A stretch of DNA of 62,372 nucleotides from Ilumatobacteraceae bacterium (GCA_039932495.1 JBDTPW010000002.1:1-62372), one strand, 5' to 3'. Counted from the first letter of the stretch, positions 10,028 through 20,782 are shown. Notes: generated by a model from the sequence alone, not told the origin. Translations and numbers: made by a program.

Positions 10028-10864
10028 ATGGGAATTCGCAAACGTAAACCAACTAGCGCAGGTCGCCGTTTTCAAACGGTGTCAGACTTTGCCGACATCA
10101 CCAAGTCGACGCCAGAGCGCACCTTGCTCGTCTCCAACCCAAAGGCCGGCGGGCGAAACGCGCAAGGCCGAATGACGTCACGTCACCAGGGTGGCGGGCA
10201 CAAACAGCAGTACCGATTGATCGATTTCAAACGCAACACCGATACGTACGAGGCAAAGGTAGCGGCAATTGAATACGACCCGAATCGGACGTGTCGGATC
10301 GCGCTGCTGCACTATGACGACGGATCCAAGAGTTACATTTTGGCGCCAAAGGGACTAGAAGTTGGGGCTCGAATTCAAAGCGGCCCAAAGGCCGACATCA
10401 AGGTTGGCAATGCGCTTCCGCTGCGTTTCATGCCAGTTGGCACGGTCGTCCACAACATCGAACTTCGTCCGGGCCAGGGTGGCAAGGTCGCTCGTTCTGC
10501 AGGGATGGCAGTTCAGTTGGTGGCCAAGGAAGGCGTTTACGCAACTCTTCGTATGCCAAGTTCAGAAATGCGCAGAGTACCAATCGATTGTCGCGCCACG
10601 GTTGGCGAAGTAGGCAACGCCGAGCACGAATTGATCAAGATTGGCAAGGCCGGTCGAAACCGTTGGAAGGGTGTTCGTCCGCAATCGCGTGGTGTGGCGA
10701 TGAACCCAGTCGATCACCCGCTCGGTGGTGGCGAGGGCAAAACATCTGGTGGTCGTCCACCGGTATCGCCGTGGGGAAAGCCAGAGCGTCGTACTCGCAA
10801 CAAAAACAAGACATCACAGGAACTCATCATTCGCCGTCGCCGCTCAGGAAAGGGCCGGGTATAA
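10028..10864 (+). CDS. rplB: 50S ribosomal protein L2
   Basis: [24 protein letters not shown]...[13 protein letters not shown]. Confidence 0.98.
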   Translation: MGIRKRKPTSAGRRFQTVSDFADITKSTPERTLLVSNPKAGGRNAQGRMTSRHQGGGHKQQYRLIDFKRNTDTYEAKVAAIEYDPNRTCRIALLHYDDGSKSYILAPKGLEVGARIQSGPKADIKVGNALPLRFMPVGTVVHNIELRPGQGGKVARSAGMAVQLVAKEGVYATLRMPSSEMRRVPIDCRATVGEVGNAEHELIKIGKAGRNRWKGVRPQSRGVAMNPVDHPLGGGEGKTSGGRPPVSPWGKPERRTRNKNKTSQELIIRRRRSGKGRV

Positions 10865-10867
10865 ATC

Positions 10868-11161
10868 ATGTCGCGTAGTTTGAAAAAAGGCCCATTCGTG
10901 GACGAGCACTTGCTCAAGAAGCTTGACGCAATGAACGAGAGCGGCGAGCGCAAGGTGATCAAGACCTGGTCGCGCCGTTCGACCATCATTCCCGACATGG
11001 TTGGTCACACCTTTGCCGTGCACGACGGTCGAAAGCATGTACCGGTGTATGTCAGCGAATCAATGGTCGGTCACAAACTCGGCGAGTTTTCACCAACGCG
11101 AATTTTCCGTTTCCACTCCAGTCAAGAAAAGGCTGCTGCAGCCGCGGAAGCGAGCCTGTAA
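10868..11161 (+). CDS. rpsS: 30S ribosomal protein S19
   Basis: [18 protein letters not shown]...[17 protein letters not shown]. Confidence 0.97.
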   Translation: MSRSLKKGPFVDEHLLKKLDAMNESGERKVIKTWSRRSTIIPDMVGHTFAVHDGRKHVPVYVSESMVGHKLGEFSPTRIFRFHSSQEKAAAAAEASL

Positions 11162-11164
11162 GAC

Positions 11165-11734
11165 ATGACCGGTCCAAAACTCAACGAAGCAACTCGCAGC
11201 GCTGGGGTCTCCAGTGGGACGCGCGCGTCCGCAATGTATGTGCGCATGTCCGCCTCCAAGGTGCGAGTCGTTCTCAACCTCATTCGCGGGTTGGAAGTAC
11301 AGGAAGCCGACTCGTTGCTTCAGTTTCTAGAGCGCGATTCCGCCCATGTGGTGCGTAAGTTACTCGCCTCGGCGGTGGCCAATGCCACGTTCAACGATGA
11401 AAAAGATGGCGACACTTTGTATGTAAAGGCATGCTTCGCCGATGAAGGTCCTACGCTCAAGCGCTTCCGTCCGCGGGCAAAGGGTCGCGCCGGGGCAATT
11501 CTCAAGCGCACCTGTCACGTCACGATCATTGTCGAAACGATGACCGATCGCGCGCTTGCCGTTCGTCAGCAACGCGACGATGCAAAGGGAACGAGTCGAA
11601 CAACTAGCCGCGCGGCTCGTGTTTCGGGAAGTCGCGCGCGAACGCAAAAGAGTGCGCCAGTAGTTGAGGCAAACGAAGTAGTGGAATCTGACGCCGTCGA
11701 TTCTGACGCTAGCGAACAGGTCGAGGAGAACTGA
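11165..11734 (+). CDS. rplV: 50S ribosomal protein L22 with a ~70-aa C-terminal tail
   Basis: The core [18 protein letters not shown]...[22 protein letters not shown] is L22. The tail ends in an acidic run. Confidence 0.95.
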   Translation: MTGPKLNEATRSAGVSSGTRASAMYVRMSASKVRVVLNLIRGLEVQEADSLLQFLERDSAHVVRKLLASAVANATFNDEKDGDTLYVKACFADEGPTLKRFRPRAKGRAGAILKRTCHVTIIVETMTDRALAVRQQRDDAKGTSRTTSRAARVSGSRARTQKSAPVVEANEVVESDAVDSDASEQVEEN

Positions 11735-12615
11735 TGGGCCAGAAAATTAATCCGTACGGCTTTCGCCTTGGAATTACCACAGACTGGAAGAGCCGCTGGT
11801 TTAGCACGAAGGAATATCGCCAATACCTCACAGAGGATTGGAAGATCCGCGACTATCTCAACGCCCAACTTTCCGATGCAGCCGTTAGCCGCATCGAAAT
11901 CGAACGCACACGGGACAAGCTTCGAATCGATGTTCATACCGCGCGCCCAGGAATCGTCATTGGTCGCAAGGGTCAAAAGGCGGACGAGCTTCGCGCGGGA
12001 CTCACCCAATTGACGGGCAACAACAAGGTTCAGTTGAATATCACCGAAATCAAGCAGGCGGAACTCGACGCTGCGCTCGTCGCCCAGGGCGTCGCCGACC
12101 AGTTGGTCAATCGCATTGCATTTCGCCGAGCCATGAAACGGGCAGTTCAAAACGCACAGAAATACGGGGCGGAGGGCATTCGAATTCAGTGCTCCGGTCG
12201 CCTCGGTGGCGCAGAAATGTGCCGCACAGAGTGGTACCGCGAGGGTCGCGTACCCCTACACACCCTTCGCGCCGACATTGATTACGGATTCCGCGAAGCG
12301 AGCACTTCTGCCGGGCGTATCGGGGTCAAGGTCTGGCTGTACAAGGGCGAGATCTTGCCGTACAAGAGTCAAAGCGATGACCGCATTGCTCGGGAAGCAG
12401 CGATGGCAGTTGGCCAAACATCTGGACATTCTGAAGCGACTCTCAAGGTCGTCACATCGGCCGGTCCTCGTTCGAGCGATCTCGACATCACGGAGATTGC
12501 ACCACTAGTCAAGGAAGCCGATCCAGAGTTTGAACGCTTGCTCGCCGAAGAGGAAGACATTCAGCGTCGCATCGTCGATCCTCATGAAACACCGCACTTT
12601 CGGCGGGAGGACTAG
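11734..12615 (+). CDS. rpsC: 30S ribosomal protein S3 with a ~80-aa C-terminal tail
   Basis: [20 protein letters not shown]...the KH-domain region...[31 protein letters not shown]. Confidence 0.97.
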   Translation: MGQKINPYGFRLGITTDWKSRWFSTKEYRQYLTEDWKIRDYLNAQLSDAAVSRIEIERTRDKLRIDVHTARPGIVIGRKGQKADELRAGLTQLTGNNKVQLNITEIKQAELDAALVAQGVADQLVNRIAFRRAMKRAVQNAQKYGAEGIRIQCSGRLGGAEMCRTEWYREGRVPLHTLRADIDYGFREASTSAGRIGVKVWLYKGEILPYKSQSDDRIAREAAMAVGQTSGHSEATLKVVTSAGPRSSDLDITEIAPLVKEADPEFERLLAEEEDIQRRIVDPHETPHFRRED

Positions 12616-12618
12616 ATC

Positions 12619-13035
12619 ATGTTGAGCCCACGCAAAGTCAAATATCGAAAGCATCACCGCGGTCGTACAGGTGGTCCATCCAAAGGTGGAAACGAACTCG
12701 CCTTTGGCGAGTACGGAATTCAGGCAATGGAGCCCGGTTGGATTAGCCAGCGGCAAATTGAAGCGGCTCGTATTGCGATGACCCGTCACATCAAGCGCGG
12801 TGGAAAAGTGTGGATCAATATTTTTCCAGACAAATCTGTTACTCAGAAGCCGGCAGAAACGCGCATGGGTTCCGGCAAGGGAAACCCAGAATTTTGGGTT
12901 GCCGTGGTCAAGCCTGGCCGTATCTTGTTCGAGCTTTCCTATCCAAGTTCAGCGGTGGCACACCAGGCATTGGATCGCGCCGTACAAAAGTTGCCGATCA
13001 AGGCTCGCGTCATTAGTCGCGATGAGGCTATTTAA
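12619..13035 (+). CDS. rplP: 50S ribosomal protein L16
   Basis: [16 protein letters not shown]...[20 protein letters not shown]. Confidence 0.98.
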   Translation: MLSPRKVKYRKHHRGRTGGPSKGGNELAFGEYGIQAMEPGWISQRQIEAARIAMTRHIKRGGKVWINIFPDKSVTQKPAETRMGSGKGNPEFWVAVVKPGRILFELSYPSSAVAHQALDRAVQKLPIKARVISRDEAI

Positions 13036-13036
13036 T

Positions 13037-13255
13037 ATGGCACGCGATCTGGTCGAACTACGCGAAATGGATCTCTCCACATTGGTGGAAGAGCTTCGTG
13101 CCACCAAGCAAGAGGCATTGAATTTGCGATTCCGCAATGCCACTGGCCAACTCGATGACACCGCGGCATTGACAAAGACGCGTCGTCAAATTGCACGAAT
13201 CAGCATGCTGATTCGTCAGCGTGAAATCGCTGCCGCAGAAGCGGCAGGGGAGTGA
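13037..13255 (+). CDS. rpmC: 50S ribosomal protein L29
   Basis: The in-frame ATG at 13037 gives MARDLVELREMDLSTLVEELRATKQEALNLRF. The longer track ORF from 12800 overlaps rplP and is not credible. Confidence 0.93.
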   Translation: MARDLVELREMDLSTLVEELRATKQEALNLRFRNATGQLDDTAALTKTRRQIARISMLIRQREIAAAEAAGE

Positions 13256-13264
13256 GACTTAGTT

Positions 13265-13555
13265 ATGACCGATACAAATTCAAACGAACCTACAGATGAT
13301 TCCGCCCGCAACAATCGAAAATTGCGCGACGGTGTTGTTGTTTCCAACAAGATGGACAAGACGATCGTGATTTCAATTGTCGAGCGTGTCCGTCATCCAA
13401 AGTACGCCAAGTTCATCGCCCGGACGAAGAAGCTCTATGCCCACGACGAAACCAACGATGCCCAGATTGGCGACAGAGTCCGCGTTATGGAGACTCGTCC
13501 GTTGTCCAAGCAAAAGCGTTGGCGTCTGATTGAGATCCTGGAGCGTGCTAAGTGA
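13265..13555 (+). CDS. rpsQ: 30S ribosomal protein S17
   Basis: [33 protein letters not shown]...YAHDE. Confidence 0.96.
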   Translation: MTDTNSNEPTDDSARNNRKLRDGVVVSNKMDKTIVISIVERVRHPKYAKFIARTKKLYAHDETNDAQIGDRVRVMETRPLSKQKRWRLIEILERAK

Positions 13556-13920
13556 TTCAGCAGGAATCCCGTCTCCGCGTTGCGGATAACAGTGGTGCTC
13601 GCGAGGTCCTTGTGATCAAGGTCCTCGGCGGTACCCGCCGACGCTATGCCTCGATTGGCGATGTCTTCATCGCCACTGTGAAGGACGCCATACCAGGCGC
13701 CGGTGTGAAAAAGGGTGAAGTTGTTCGATGCGTGGTCGTTCGCACCGTGAAGGAAAAGCGTCGTCCCGACGGAAGTTACATTCGCTTCGACGAAAACGCC
13801 GCGGTGCTTATCAAGGATGATCTCACTCCGCGCGGTACCCGCATTTTTGGACCTGTCGGTCGCGAACTGCGCGACAAGAAATTTATGCGCATCATTTCGC
13901 TTGCCCCGGAGGTGTTGTAA
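13552..13920 (+). CDS. rplN: 50S ribosomal protein L14
   Basis: GTG start overlapping the rpsQ stop. [19 protein letters not shown]. Confidence 0.98.
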   Translation: MIQQESRLRVADNSGAREVLVIKVLGGTRRRYASIGDVFIATVKDAIPGAGVKKGEVVRCVVVRTVKEKRRPDGSYIRFDENAAVLIKDDLTPRGTRIFGPVGRELRDKKFMRIISLAPEVL

Positions 13921-13922
13921 TC

Positions 13923-14225
13923 ATGAAACTCAAAAAAGGTGACAAGGTTGTCGTTATCTCTGGCAAGGACAAGGGCAAAGAGGGCGACGTCTCAGAAGTT
14001 TTGCCGCGGAAAAACAAAGTGATGATTGCCGGCGTGAATATCTCTAAGCGACATTTGGCCGCCAGAGGCAACGCCAACACTGGAGGAATCATCGACAAGG
14101 ACATGCCGTTTGATGCATCGAACGTGATGTTTGTGCACAAGGGCAAACCGACTCGTCTCGGTTATTTAGTCAAGGAAGACGGAACAAAGGTTCGCGTCGC
14201 CAAGAGCACGGGAGAAGAAGTCTGA
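13923..14225 (+). CDS. rplX: 50S ribosomal protein L24
   Basis: [21 protein letters not shown] (KOW motif). Confidence 0.96.
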   Translation: MKLKKGDKVVVISGKDKGKEGDVSEVLPRKNKVMIAGVNISKRHLAARGNANTGGIIDKDMPFDASNVMFVHKGKPTRLGYLVKEDGTKVRVAKSTGEEV

Positions 14226-14854
14226 TGGCTACCGCGACCGCATACATTCCTCGACTGAAGGCCCACTACAACAACGTCGTGCGGGTCGATTTGGCCAAGG
14301 AAATCGGCGCCAAGAACGTTATGCAAGTTCCCACGCTGGAGAAAATTGTCATCAATATGGGTGTAGGTCGGGCAACACAGCAATCGTCGCTTATCGACGG
14401 CGCGGTCGCTGACTTGACGGCGATCAGTGGTCAAAAACCACAGGTCACCAAGTCACGCACCGCGATCGCCTCGTTCAAACTGAGAGAGAATCAACCAATT
14501 GGAGCCAAAGTCACAATGCGTGGCGATCGGATGTGGGAGTTCCTCGATCGCCTGTTGGCCGTTGCGATTCCGCGTATTCGCGACTTCCGTGGTTTCCCTG
14601 GGAAGTCGTGGGACGGTCATGGCAATTACACGTTTGGTCTCACTGAACAACTGGTCTTCCTAGAAATCAATTACGACAAGGTCGACACGACCCGTGGAAT
14701 GGACATCACAATTGTCACCACGGCAAAGACCGATGTCGAAGGTAAGGCATTACTCGATGCATTCGGTTTCCCCTTCCGTAAGGGCGAGGCTCCGGCATCG
14801 GCCAAGAAATCACGTAGCGGCGCGACTAAGCGCACCGCGAAGAGCAAGAAGTAA
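14225..14854 (+). CDS. rplE: 50S ribosomal protein L5 with a short basic C-terminal tail
   Basis: PRLKAHY...[14 protein letters not shown]...[26 protein letters not shown]. Confidence 0.97.
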   Translation: MATATAYIPRLKAHYNNVVRVDLAKEIGAKNVMQVPTLEKIVINMGVGRATQQSSLIDGAVADLTAISGQKPQVTKSRTAIASFKLRENQPIGAKVTMRGDRMWEFLDRLLAVAIPRIRDFRGFPGKSWDGHGNYTFGLTEQLVFLEINYDKVDTTRGMDITIVTTAKTDVEGKALLDAFGFPFRKGEAPASAKKSRSGATKRTAKSKK

Positions 14855-14872
14855 ATAAGGGGTCAACTGACT

Positions 14873-15058
14873 ATGGCAAAGAAATCTCTCGTTATCAAAG
14901 CGGCGGCAACACCAAAGTTCAAGGTGCGTGGCTATACGCGCTGCCAGAAGTGTGGACGAGCGCGTGCGGTGTATCGCAAATTTGGGTTGTGCAGACTTTG
15001 CCTGCGCAAGATGGCACACGCCGGCGAAATTCCCGGCCTGACGAAGTCGAGTTGGTGA
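14873..15058 (+). CDS. rpsN: 30S ribosomal protein S14, short zinc-ribbon (type Z) form
   Basis: 61 aa with CQKCGR...CRLC (CxxC-N12-CxxC), ending in W. Confidence 0.96.
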   Translation: MAKKSLVIKAAATPKFKVRGYTRCQKCGRARAVYRKFGLCRLCLRKMAHAGEIPGLTKSSW

Positions 15059-15065
15059 TCGCGTC

Positions 15066-15467
15066 ATGATGACAGACCCAATCGCCGACATGCTCACCCG
15101 CATTCGAAACGCCAATGCCGCAATGAAGGACGAAGTTCTCATGCCCGCGTCCAAGCAGAAGTCTGCCTTGGCCGAAATCCTCAAAAAAGAGGGCTACATC
15201 CATGACTATGCAGTCGTACCAAACGCCGAAGGTTTTGGTCAGCAACTGAAAATTAGTTTGAAGTATTCGGAGGATCGTCAGCGCACGATCCTTGGAATCA
15301 AGCGCGTTTCGACTCCAGGCCTGCGCGTCTATCGCGCCGCGACAGAGGTGCCTCGAGTACTTGGCGGTTTAGGTGTTGCAGTTTTATCAACGAGTCAAGG
15401 ACTGATGACCGACCGTGAGGCGCGTAGGCGCAAAGTCGGTGGCGAAGTCATGTGCTTCGTTTGGTAA
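15066..15467 (+). CDS. rpsH: 30S ribosomal protein S8
   Basis: [16 protein letters not shown]...GEVMCFVW. Confidence 0.97.
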   Translation: MMTDPIADMLTRIRNANAAMKDEVLMPASKQKSALAEILKKEGYIHDYAVVPNAEGFGQQLKISLKYSEDRQRTILGIKRVSTPGLRVYRAATEVPRVLGGLGVAVLSTSQGLMTDREARRRKVGGEVMCFVW

Positions 15468-15492
15468 GCGGAAGAATCTAAAGGGAGTCCAT

Positions 15493-16035
15493 ATGTCACG
15501 AATCGGTCAGCAACCTGTCACCATCCCGTCGGGGGTGGATGTCACCATCGCTGGTTCAAGCATTACGGTGAAGGGTCCAAAGGGCACGCTCAATCGCGTC
15601 GTTCCCGTTGGCGTTTCACTTAGTAAAAAAGACGACAAAATTGTTGTGTCGCGAGATAACGACGAGCGCGAAGCACGTGCCAGGCACGGGTTGGTTCGTT
15701 CGCTCATCGCCAATATGGTGCATGGAGTCACCGAGGGCTATACCAAGGAACTCGACATCATTGGGGTCGGCTTTCGCGCCGAAGCACAAGGTGCCAATAA
15801 ATTGAGGCTCGCCCTTGGCTTCTCGCATCCGGTTTTGGTCAACGCTCCGGCAGGAATCACCTTTGAGGTTCCGGTTCAAACCCGAATCATTATTAAGGGA
15901 CCGGACAAGGAAGTGGTCGGTCAGGTCGCGGCAGATATTCGCGAGATTCGCAAGCCGGAGCCATACAAGGGCAAGGGTGTTCGGTACATCGATGAGAAGG
16001 TCCTGCGCAAAGCAGGCAAAACCGGCAAGAAGTAA
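15493..16035 (+). CDS. rplF: 50S ribosomal protein L6
   Basis: The ATG at 15493, preceded by AAGGGAG, gives MSRIGQQPVTIPSGV. The track ORF from 15415 overlaps rpsH. Confidence 0.95.
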   Translation: MSRIGQQPVTIPSGVDVTIAGSSITVKGPKGTLNRVVPVGVSLSKKDDKIVVSRDNDEREARARHGLVRSLIANMVHGVTEGYTKELDIIGVGFRAEAQGANKLRLALGFSHPVLVNAPAGITFEVPVQTRIIIKGPDKEVVGQVAADIREIRKPEPYKGKGVRYIDEKVLRKAGKTGKK

Positions 16036-16053
16036 CCAGGAGATTTCACGGTC

Positions 16054-16422
16054 ATGAAAACAACATCAAGCCAAAGGCACAGCGGACGATTGCGTCGTCA
16101 TCGCAGGGTGCGCAAGAAGATTTCCGGCACAACCGAGCGCCCTCGCTTGGCCGTGTACCGGAGCAATAAGCACATTTCGATCCAAGTGATTGATGATCAA
16201 GAAGGTCGAACGCTTGCCTCTGCATCGACAGTGGAACCAGATCAGCGAAAGCTTGGATCCGGTTCCACGGTCGAGGCGGCCGAGCGCATTGGAATGCTTA
16301 TCGCTAAGAGAGCAAAGGACGCCGGGATAAAGGAAGTTGTTTATGACCGTGGTGGTTTCTTGTATCACGGTCGCGTAGCCGCCGCAGCAGACGCTGCTCG
16401 AAAAGCAGGGTTGGAGTTCTAA
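16054..16422 (+). CDS. rplR: 50S ribosomal protein L18
   Basis: [32 protein letters not shown]...[22 protein letters not shown]. Confidence 0.97.
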   Translation: MKTTSSQRHSGRLRRHRRVRKKISGTTERPRLAVYRSNKHISIQVIDDQEGRTLASASTVEPDQRKLGSGSTVEAAERIGMLIAKRAKDAGIKEVVYDRGGFLYHGRVAAAADAARKAGLEF

Positions 16423-16983
16423 ATGAGTGAGAAAACACAAACGCGTCCGGCACCAGAGCCGGGCACTCTTCGCGAATCGCGAGTGGTACACATCAATCGC
16501 GTCGCCAAGGTTGTCAAGGGCGGTCGTCGATTTTCATTCACCGCACTGGTTGTAGTTGGCGATGGCGATGGGCGAGTCGGGCTCGGCTACGGCAAGGCCA
16601 AAGAAGTTCCATTGGCGATTCAAAAAGGAACGGAAGAGGCAAAGCGCAACGTGTTCAACGTGCCTCTGACCGGCTCGACGATTACCCACGAAGTCATCGG
16701 AGTAAATGGTGCGGGTCGCGTGTTGTTGAAACCAGCCGCTCCAGGTACCGGAGTCATCGCCGGCGGCGCGGCCAGAATCATTCTCGAGGAGGCCGGCATT
16801 CACGATGTGCTCGCCAAGTCACTCGGTTCGTCAAACTCAATCAACGTCGCTCGAGCGACAATCAATGGTCTACGTTCGTTGCAACGCCCCGATGAGGTCG
16901 CTCGTCGTCGCGGGATTCCCGCGGAGTCGTTTGTGCCAAAGGCCTTGCTCCGCGCCTACAACGAGCGCAAGAAGTCGAGTTAG
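16423..16983 (+). CDS. rpsE: 30S ribosomal protein S5
   Basis: [39 protein letters not shown]. Confidence 0.97.
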   Translation: MSEKTQTRPAPEPGTLRESRVVHINRVAKVVKGGRRFSFTALVVVGDGDGRVGLGYGKAKEVPLAIQKGTEEAKRNVFNVPLTGSTITHEVIGVNGAGRVLLKPAAPGTGVIAGGAARIILEEAGIHDVLAKSLGSSNSINVARATINGLRSLQRPDEVARRRGIPAESFVPKALLRAYNERKKSS

Positions 16984-16989
16984 GAACTA

Positions 16990-17331
16990 TTGATGGCTGC
17001 ATTCAAAAAACCTGGTCGTACCACTCGCGATCGCAAACCAAAAGCGATGAAGGTGAGCGCCGAAAAGCGCGCTGCCGCGGCGTCGGCCAAGTTGGCCTCG
17101 GGTAACACGTCGACCAAAGTTGTGCGCCGCAAGAAGGTTGCACCAAAGGGTCCGACTATCACGGTGACGCAGGTTCGTTCCGAAATCGGCGGCAAGCCAA
17201 AGACACGGGCAACTTTACGTGCGCTTGGGTTGCGTCGCATCGGGCACACCAATACCGTTCCCGATCGGCCGGAAATACGTGGAATGATCGCCCGCGTTCC
17301 ACATCTCATTGAAATTAAGGAAGGCAAATAG
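16990..17331 (+). CDS. rpmD: 50S ribosomal protein L30 with a ~50-aa basic N-terminal extension (the start is probably the ATG at 16993)
   Basis: The C-terminal part ITVTQVRSEIGGKPKTRATLRALGLRRIGHTNTVPDRPEIRGMIARVPHLIEI is L30. Any later start would leave an atypically long gap in this tight operon. Confidence 0.88.
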   Translation: MMAAFKKPGRTTRDRKPKAMKVSAEKRAAAASAKLASGNTSTKVVRRKKVAPKGPTITVTQVRSEIGGKPKTRATLRALGLRRIGHTNTVPDRPEIRGMIARVPHLIEIKEGK

Positions 17332-17333
17332 TC

Positions 17334-17822
17334 ATGCGTGTCGACGAACTTCGCCCAACAAGGGGCTCAACCAAGAAACCAAAGCGCGTCGGTCGGGGTA
17401 TTGGTGGAAAAGGCGGCAAGACCGCCGGTCGAGGAACCAAGGGTCAATACGCACGTAACACCGTCGGTCGTGGATTCGAAGGCGGACAGATGCCCCTCAA
17501 GCAACGCGTTCCAAAATTGAAGGGCTTCAACAACCCGTTCCGCATTGAGTATTACGCGGTCAACCTCGATGTGATCGAGGCGCTTGGAGTCGACGAAGTA
17601 ACACCAGCGATCTTGGTGCAGAGAAGTGCATCGCATAAGGGCAAGCTTGTAAAAGTGCTCGGGCGTGGAAAAATCAAAACGGCGGTGAAGGTTTCGGCGC
17701 ACGCCGTTTCCAAATCTGCCGAACAGGCAATTATTGCTGCAGGTGGCAGCGTGACCATTGTGCCGTTGCCGTTCAAGGGCGTACGCCCGGCGGCTAAGGG
17801 AAGCCAATTTACAAACCGCTAG
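17334..17822 (+). CDS. rplO: 50S ribosomal protein L15
   Basis: LRPTRGSTKKPKRVGRGIGGKGGKTAGRGTKGQ.AR. Confidence 0.96.
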   Translation: MRVDELRPTRGSTKKPKRVGRGIGGKGGKTAGRGTKGQYARNTVGRGFEGGQMPLKQRVPKLKGFNNPFRIEYYAVNLDVIEALGVDEVTPAILVQRSASHKGKLVKVLGRGKIKTAVKVSAHAVSKSAEQAIIAAGGSVTIVPLPFKGVRPAAKGSQFTNR

Positions 17823-17892
17823 TACTGTGCCTAGTTAGGCCACAGCCCAGCGATTTGTACCTCGGCGAATTACAGAGAGAGGAGGAGCCAAG

Positions 17893-19212
17893 ATGTTGTC
17901 GAATGTGAAGAACATCTTCAAGGTTGTTGACCTTCGCAACAAAATCTTGTTCACCTTGGCGATGATTCTGTTGTATCGCTTCGGCGCATCCCTGCGGGTG
18001 CCCGGAATTGATGCGCAGGCGGTCAAGCAACTTCGCGAGGCATCTCAGTCTCAGGGTGCTCTCGGATTCCTCAATCTCTTTTCCGGAGGAGCATTCGGTA
18101 GCTTCTCAATTTTTGCCCTCGGCATCATGCCGTACATCACGGCGAGCATCATCATGCAGGTATTGGGCGTCGTCATTCCAAAACTTGAACAATGGCAACA
18201 GGAAGGCGCCGTTGGTCAGCGAAAGATTACCCAATGGACACGTTATGTGGCAATCGGAATTGCCATTTTGCAGGGCGCAGGTTTGACATTCATCTTCGGT
18301 CAAGGCAGAGGGTCGGCCTTCTTTGGAGCGGCCAATCGAGCGCCAGACGTTGTGTTGCTCAATCCGTTTATGCCAAGAGCCCTGATCGTGATCCCATCGC
18401 TCGTTGCCGGTACGGCATTGCTGATGTGGATTGGTGAACTAATTAGTCAACGGGGAATCGGCAATGGCATGTCGATGCTCATCTTTGCTTCGGTTGTCAG
18501 CAATTTGCCATACGGCTACTACTCGTTGTTGCAGAACAAGAAAATTGTCGTCTTCGCCATCCTGGTCTCGGTGTCGATCGGAATACTCGTGGCGGTGGTG
18601 CGAGTTGAACTCGGCCAGCGGCGGATACCTGTGCAATTTGCTAAACGCGTGGTTGGCCGCAAAATGTACGGCGGCCAAAACACATACATTCCACTGAAGG
18701 TAAACCAAGCCGGAGTTGTGCCGATTATCTTTGCTAGTTCCGTACTGCTCCTACCGGTGTTGATGTCGAACATGTTGGGCAGTGGCCAGGGTTGGCGCGG
18801 GTCCATTGCGGGGTTTGTCAACGATTACCTCGTCAATAGTCAGAACCTCTTGTACATCTCCATCTTCTTCTTGCTGATCATTGCCTTTGCATATTTTTAT
18901 AACTCGATTGCATTCGATCCAATACGCCAGGCCGATCAATTGCGCAAGCAAGGCGGATTCATTCCTGGAATTCGTCCAGGACCGCAAACCGAATCTTTCT
19001 TGGCCAAGACGGTGAATCGAATTACCTTGCCGGGTGCACTGTTCGTCGCCTTTATTGCGGTCTTGCCATACGTCATTTTGTGGGTAGGAGATGTTCAGTC
19101 GTTCCCATTTGCCGGTACAACCGTGTTGATTGCGGTGGGCGTCGCCCTTGAACTCATGCGTCAGATCGATAGCCAACTTATGCAGCGAAACTACGAGGGT
19201 TTCTTGAAGTGA
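17893..19212 (+). CDS. secY: Preprotein translocase subunit SecY
   Basis: 439 aa, polytopic. LRNKILFTL..ILLYRFG..L.VPGID...LGIMPYITASIIMQ. Confidence 0.97.
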   Translation: MLSNVKNIFKVVDLRNKILFTLAMILLYRFGASLRVPGIDAQAVKQLREASQSQGALGFLNLFSGGAFGSFSIFALGIMPYITASIIMQVLGVVIPKLEQWQQEGAVGQRKITQWTRYVAIGIAILQGAGLTFIFGQGRGSAFFGAANRAPDVVLLNPFMPRALIVIPSLVAGTALLMWIGELISQRGIGNGMSMLIFASVVSNLPYGYYSLLQNKKIVVFAILVSVSIGILVAVVRVELGQRRIPVQFAKRVVGRKMYGGQNTYIPLKVNQAGVVPIIFASSVLLLPVLMSNMLGSGQGWRGSIAGFVNDYLVNSQNLLYISIFFLLIIAFAYFYNSIAFDPIRQADQLRKQGGFIPGIRPGPQTESFLAKTVNRITLPGALFVAFIAVLPYVILWVGDVQSFPFAGTTVLIAVGVALELMRQIDSQLMQRNYEGFLK

Positions 19213-19263
19213 CGATTCCGATTTAGGAACGTCACCAAGAAGTTCACGAGGAGTATTGAATTC

Positions 19264-19920
19264 ATGCCTTATGGAGTGCGCGTCATCATGCTTGGTCGTC
19301 AGGGCGCAGGCAAGGGGACACAATGTAAACGTGTTGCGGCACATTACGGGATACCGCATATTTCGACAGGCGAAATTTTGCGCAATGCAGTCCGTCAAGG
19401 AACAGTTGTAGGGCGACAGGTCAAGAAGGTGATCGACGAGGGCCGTCTGGTCGATGACGATCTGATGGTCTCACTTGTGCAAGGTCGGATTGGCGAGGCC
19501 GACGCACGAATCAATGGCTACGTACTCGATGGTTTCCCGCGCACGCTCGCCCAGGCCGAGGCCTTCGATGAGATCACAGAGGTTCGACCGGTGAATGTTG
19601 CCATCAATCTCGAAGTTGGGCGCGATGTCGTGCTCAAGCGACTTTCGGCACGACGAACATGTCAACAATGTGACGCCAACTACGTCTCCAATGGAGATGA
19701 TCCAAACCCGTGGAATTGCCAAAACTGCGGTGGCATCGTTCACCAGCGCGACGATGATACGCCCGAAGCGATCAACCATCGACTCGATATATACGACGAG
19801 ATCACCGCGCCGCTCGTCAGTTATTACCTTAAAAATGCCAAATTGGTCGTTGTTGACGGGCTCGGTAGCCAGGATGACGTCTTTGCCAAACTTATAGCCG
19901 TTGTAGACGCCTGGAGATAG
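19264..19920 (+). CDS. adk: Adenylate kinase (zinc-lid type)
   Basis: P-loop GRQGAGKGTQ and lid cysteines CQQC...CQNC. GAGGAG lies 10 nt upstream of the ATG. Confidence 0.95.
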   Translation: MPYGVRVIMLGRQGAGKGTQCKRVAAHYGIPHISTGEILRNAVRQGTVVGRQVKKVIDEGRLVDDDLMVSLVQGRIGEADARINGYVLDGFPRTLAQAEAFDEITEVRPVNVAINLEVGRDVVLKRLSARRTCQQCDANYVSNGDDPNPWNCQNCGGIVHQRDDDTPEAINHRLDIYDEITAPLVSYYLKNAKLVVVDGLGSQDDVFAKLIAVVDAWR

Positions 19921-19994
19921 GCGGGTAGGGGTTTTGGGCCACCCGATGTCGGCGGTAGCATAACTCTTCGCCTTTAGGAGCGTTTTTCACCTAT

Positions 19995-20249
19995 ATGGCG
20001 GTGAGTTCGTTTGAGGAGAAAACCCTGCCGAAGAATAAAGAAGATGCAATTGTGCTGGAAGGCAAGATCACAGAATCTTTACCTAATGCAATGTTTCGGG
20101 TGGAACTCGAAAACGGACACACAGTTTTAGCCCATATTTCCGGGAAGATGCGCATGAATTACATACGTATTTTGCCGGGCGACAAGGTGCAAGTTGAGCT
20201 CACACCATACGACCTCACTAGAGGACGCATTACCTACAGATTTAAATAA
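19995..20249 (+). CDS. infA: Translation initiation factor IF-1 (the exact start is uncertain)
   Basis: [64 protein letters not shown]. The ATG at 19995 gives about 10 extra N-terminal residues relative to typical IF-1. Confidence 0.93.
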   Translation: MAVSSFEEKTLPKNKEDAIVLEGKITESLPNAMFRVELENGHTVLAHISGKMRMNYIRILPGDKVQVELTPYDLTRGRITYRFK

Positions 20250-20283
20250 TCACCTAATTAATAAAGATGTACGAGGCCAGCAA

Positions 20284-20397
20284 GTGAAAGTAAAACCAAG
20301 CGTCAAAAAAATTTGCGAGAAGTGCAAGGTCATCCGTCGGCACCGCCGCGTCATGGTGATCTGCGAGAACCCACGACACAAGCAACGACAAGGCTGA
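20284..20397 (+). CDS. rpmJ: 50S ribosomal protein L36 (zinc-binding form)
   Basis: The in-frame GTG at 20284 gives [37 protein letters not shown] (37 aa). Confidence 0.93.
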   Translation: MKVKPSVKKICEKCKVIRRHRRVMVICENPRHKQRQG

Positions 20398-20399
20398 TC

Positions 20400-20780
20400 A
20401 TGGCACGAATTTCAGGAGTCGACATTCCGCGCGAGAAGCGCCTCGAGATAGCGCTTACTTATATTTTTGGCATCGGTCGCTCCACGTCGATCAAGATGTG
20501 TAAAGAGCTAGATCTCAATCCGGACACTCGAGTGCGCAACTTGACGGACTCCGAAGTGAACAAGATTCGCACGTACATCGAAAACAAGTTGTCCGTCGAA
20601 GGTGATCGTCGTCGCGATGTGCAGACCGATATCAAACGCAAAGTCGAAATCGGTAGTTACCAGGGCACGCGGCACCGCAAGGGCCTGCCGGTTCGAGGCC
20701 AGCGCACCCACACCAACGCTCGTACCCGAAAGGGCCCAAAGAAGACTGTTGCCAACAAGAAGATGGCGGTGAGGAAGTAA
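20400..20780 (+). CDS. rpsM: 30S ribosomal protein S13
   Basis: The ATG at 20400 gives [26 protein letters not shown]. The track ORF from 20313 overlaps rpmJ. Confidence 0.96.
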   Translation: MARISGVDIPREKRLEIALTYIFGIGRSTSIKMCKELDLNPDTRVRNLTDSEVNKIRTYIENKLSVEGDRRRDVQTDIKRKVEIGSYQGTRHRKGLPVRGQRTHTNARTRKGPKKTVANKKMAVRK

Positions 20781-20782
20781 TC

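Noticed and set aside
14873-15058. The zinc-ribbon forms of S14 (type Z) and L36 (20284..20397) as a sign of a zinc-responsive paralogue switch.
   Set aside because: These are the standard primary (C+) copies found in the main operon of many bacteria. No C-minus paralogues or Zur boxes are visible in the window.
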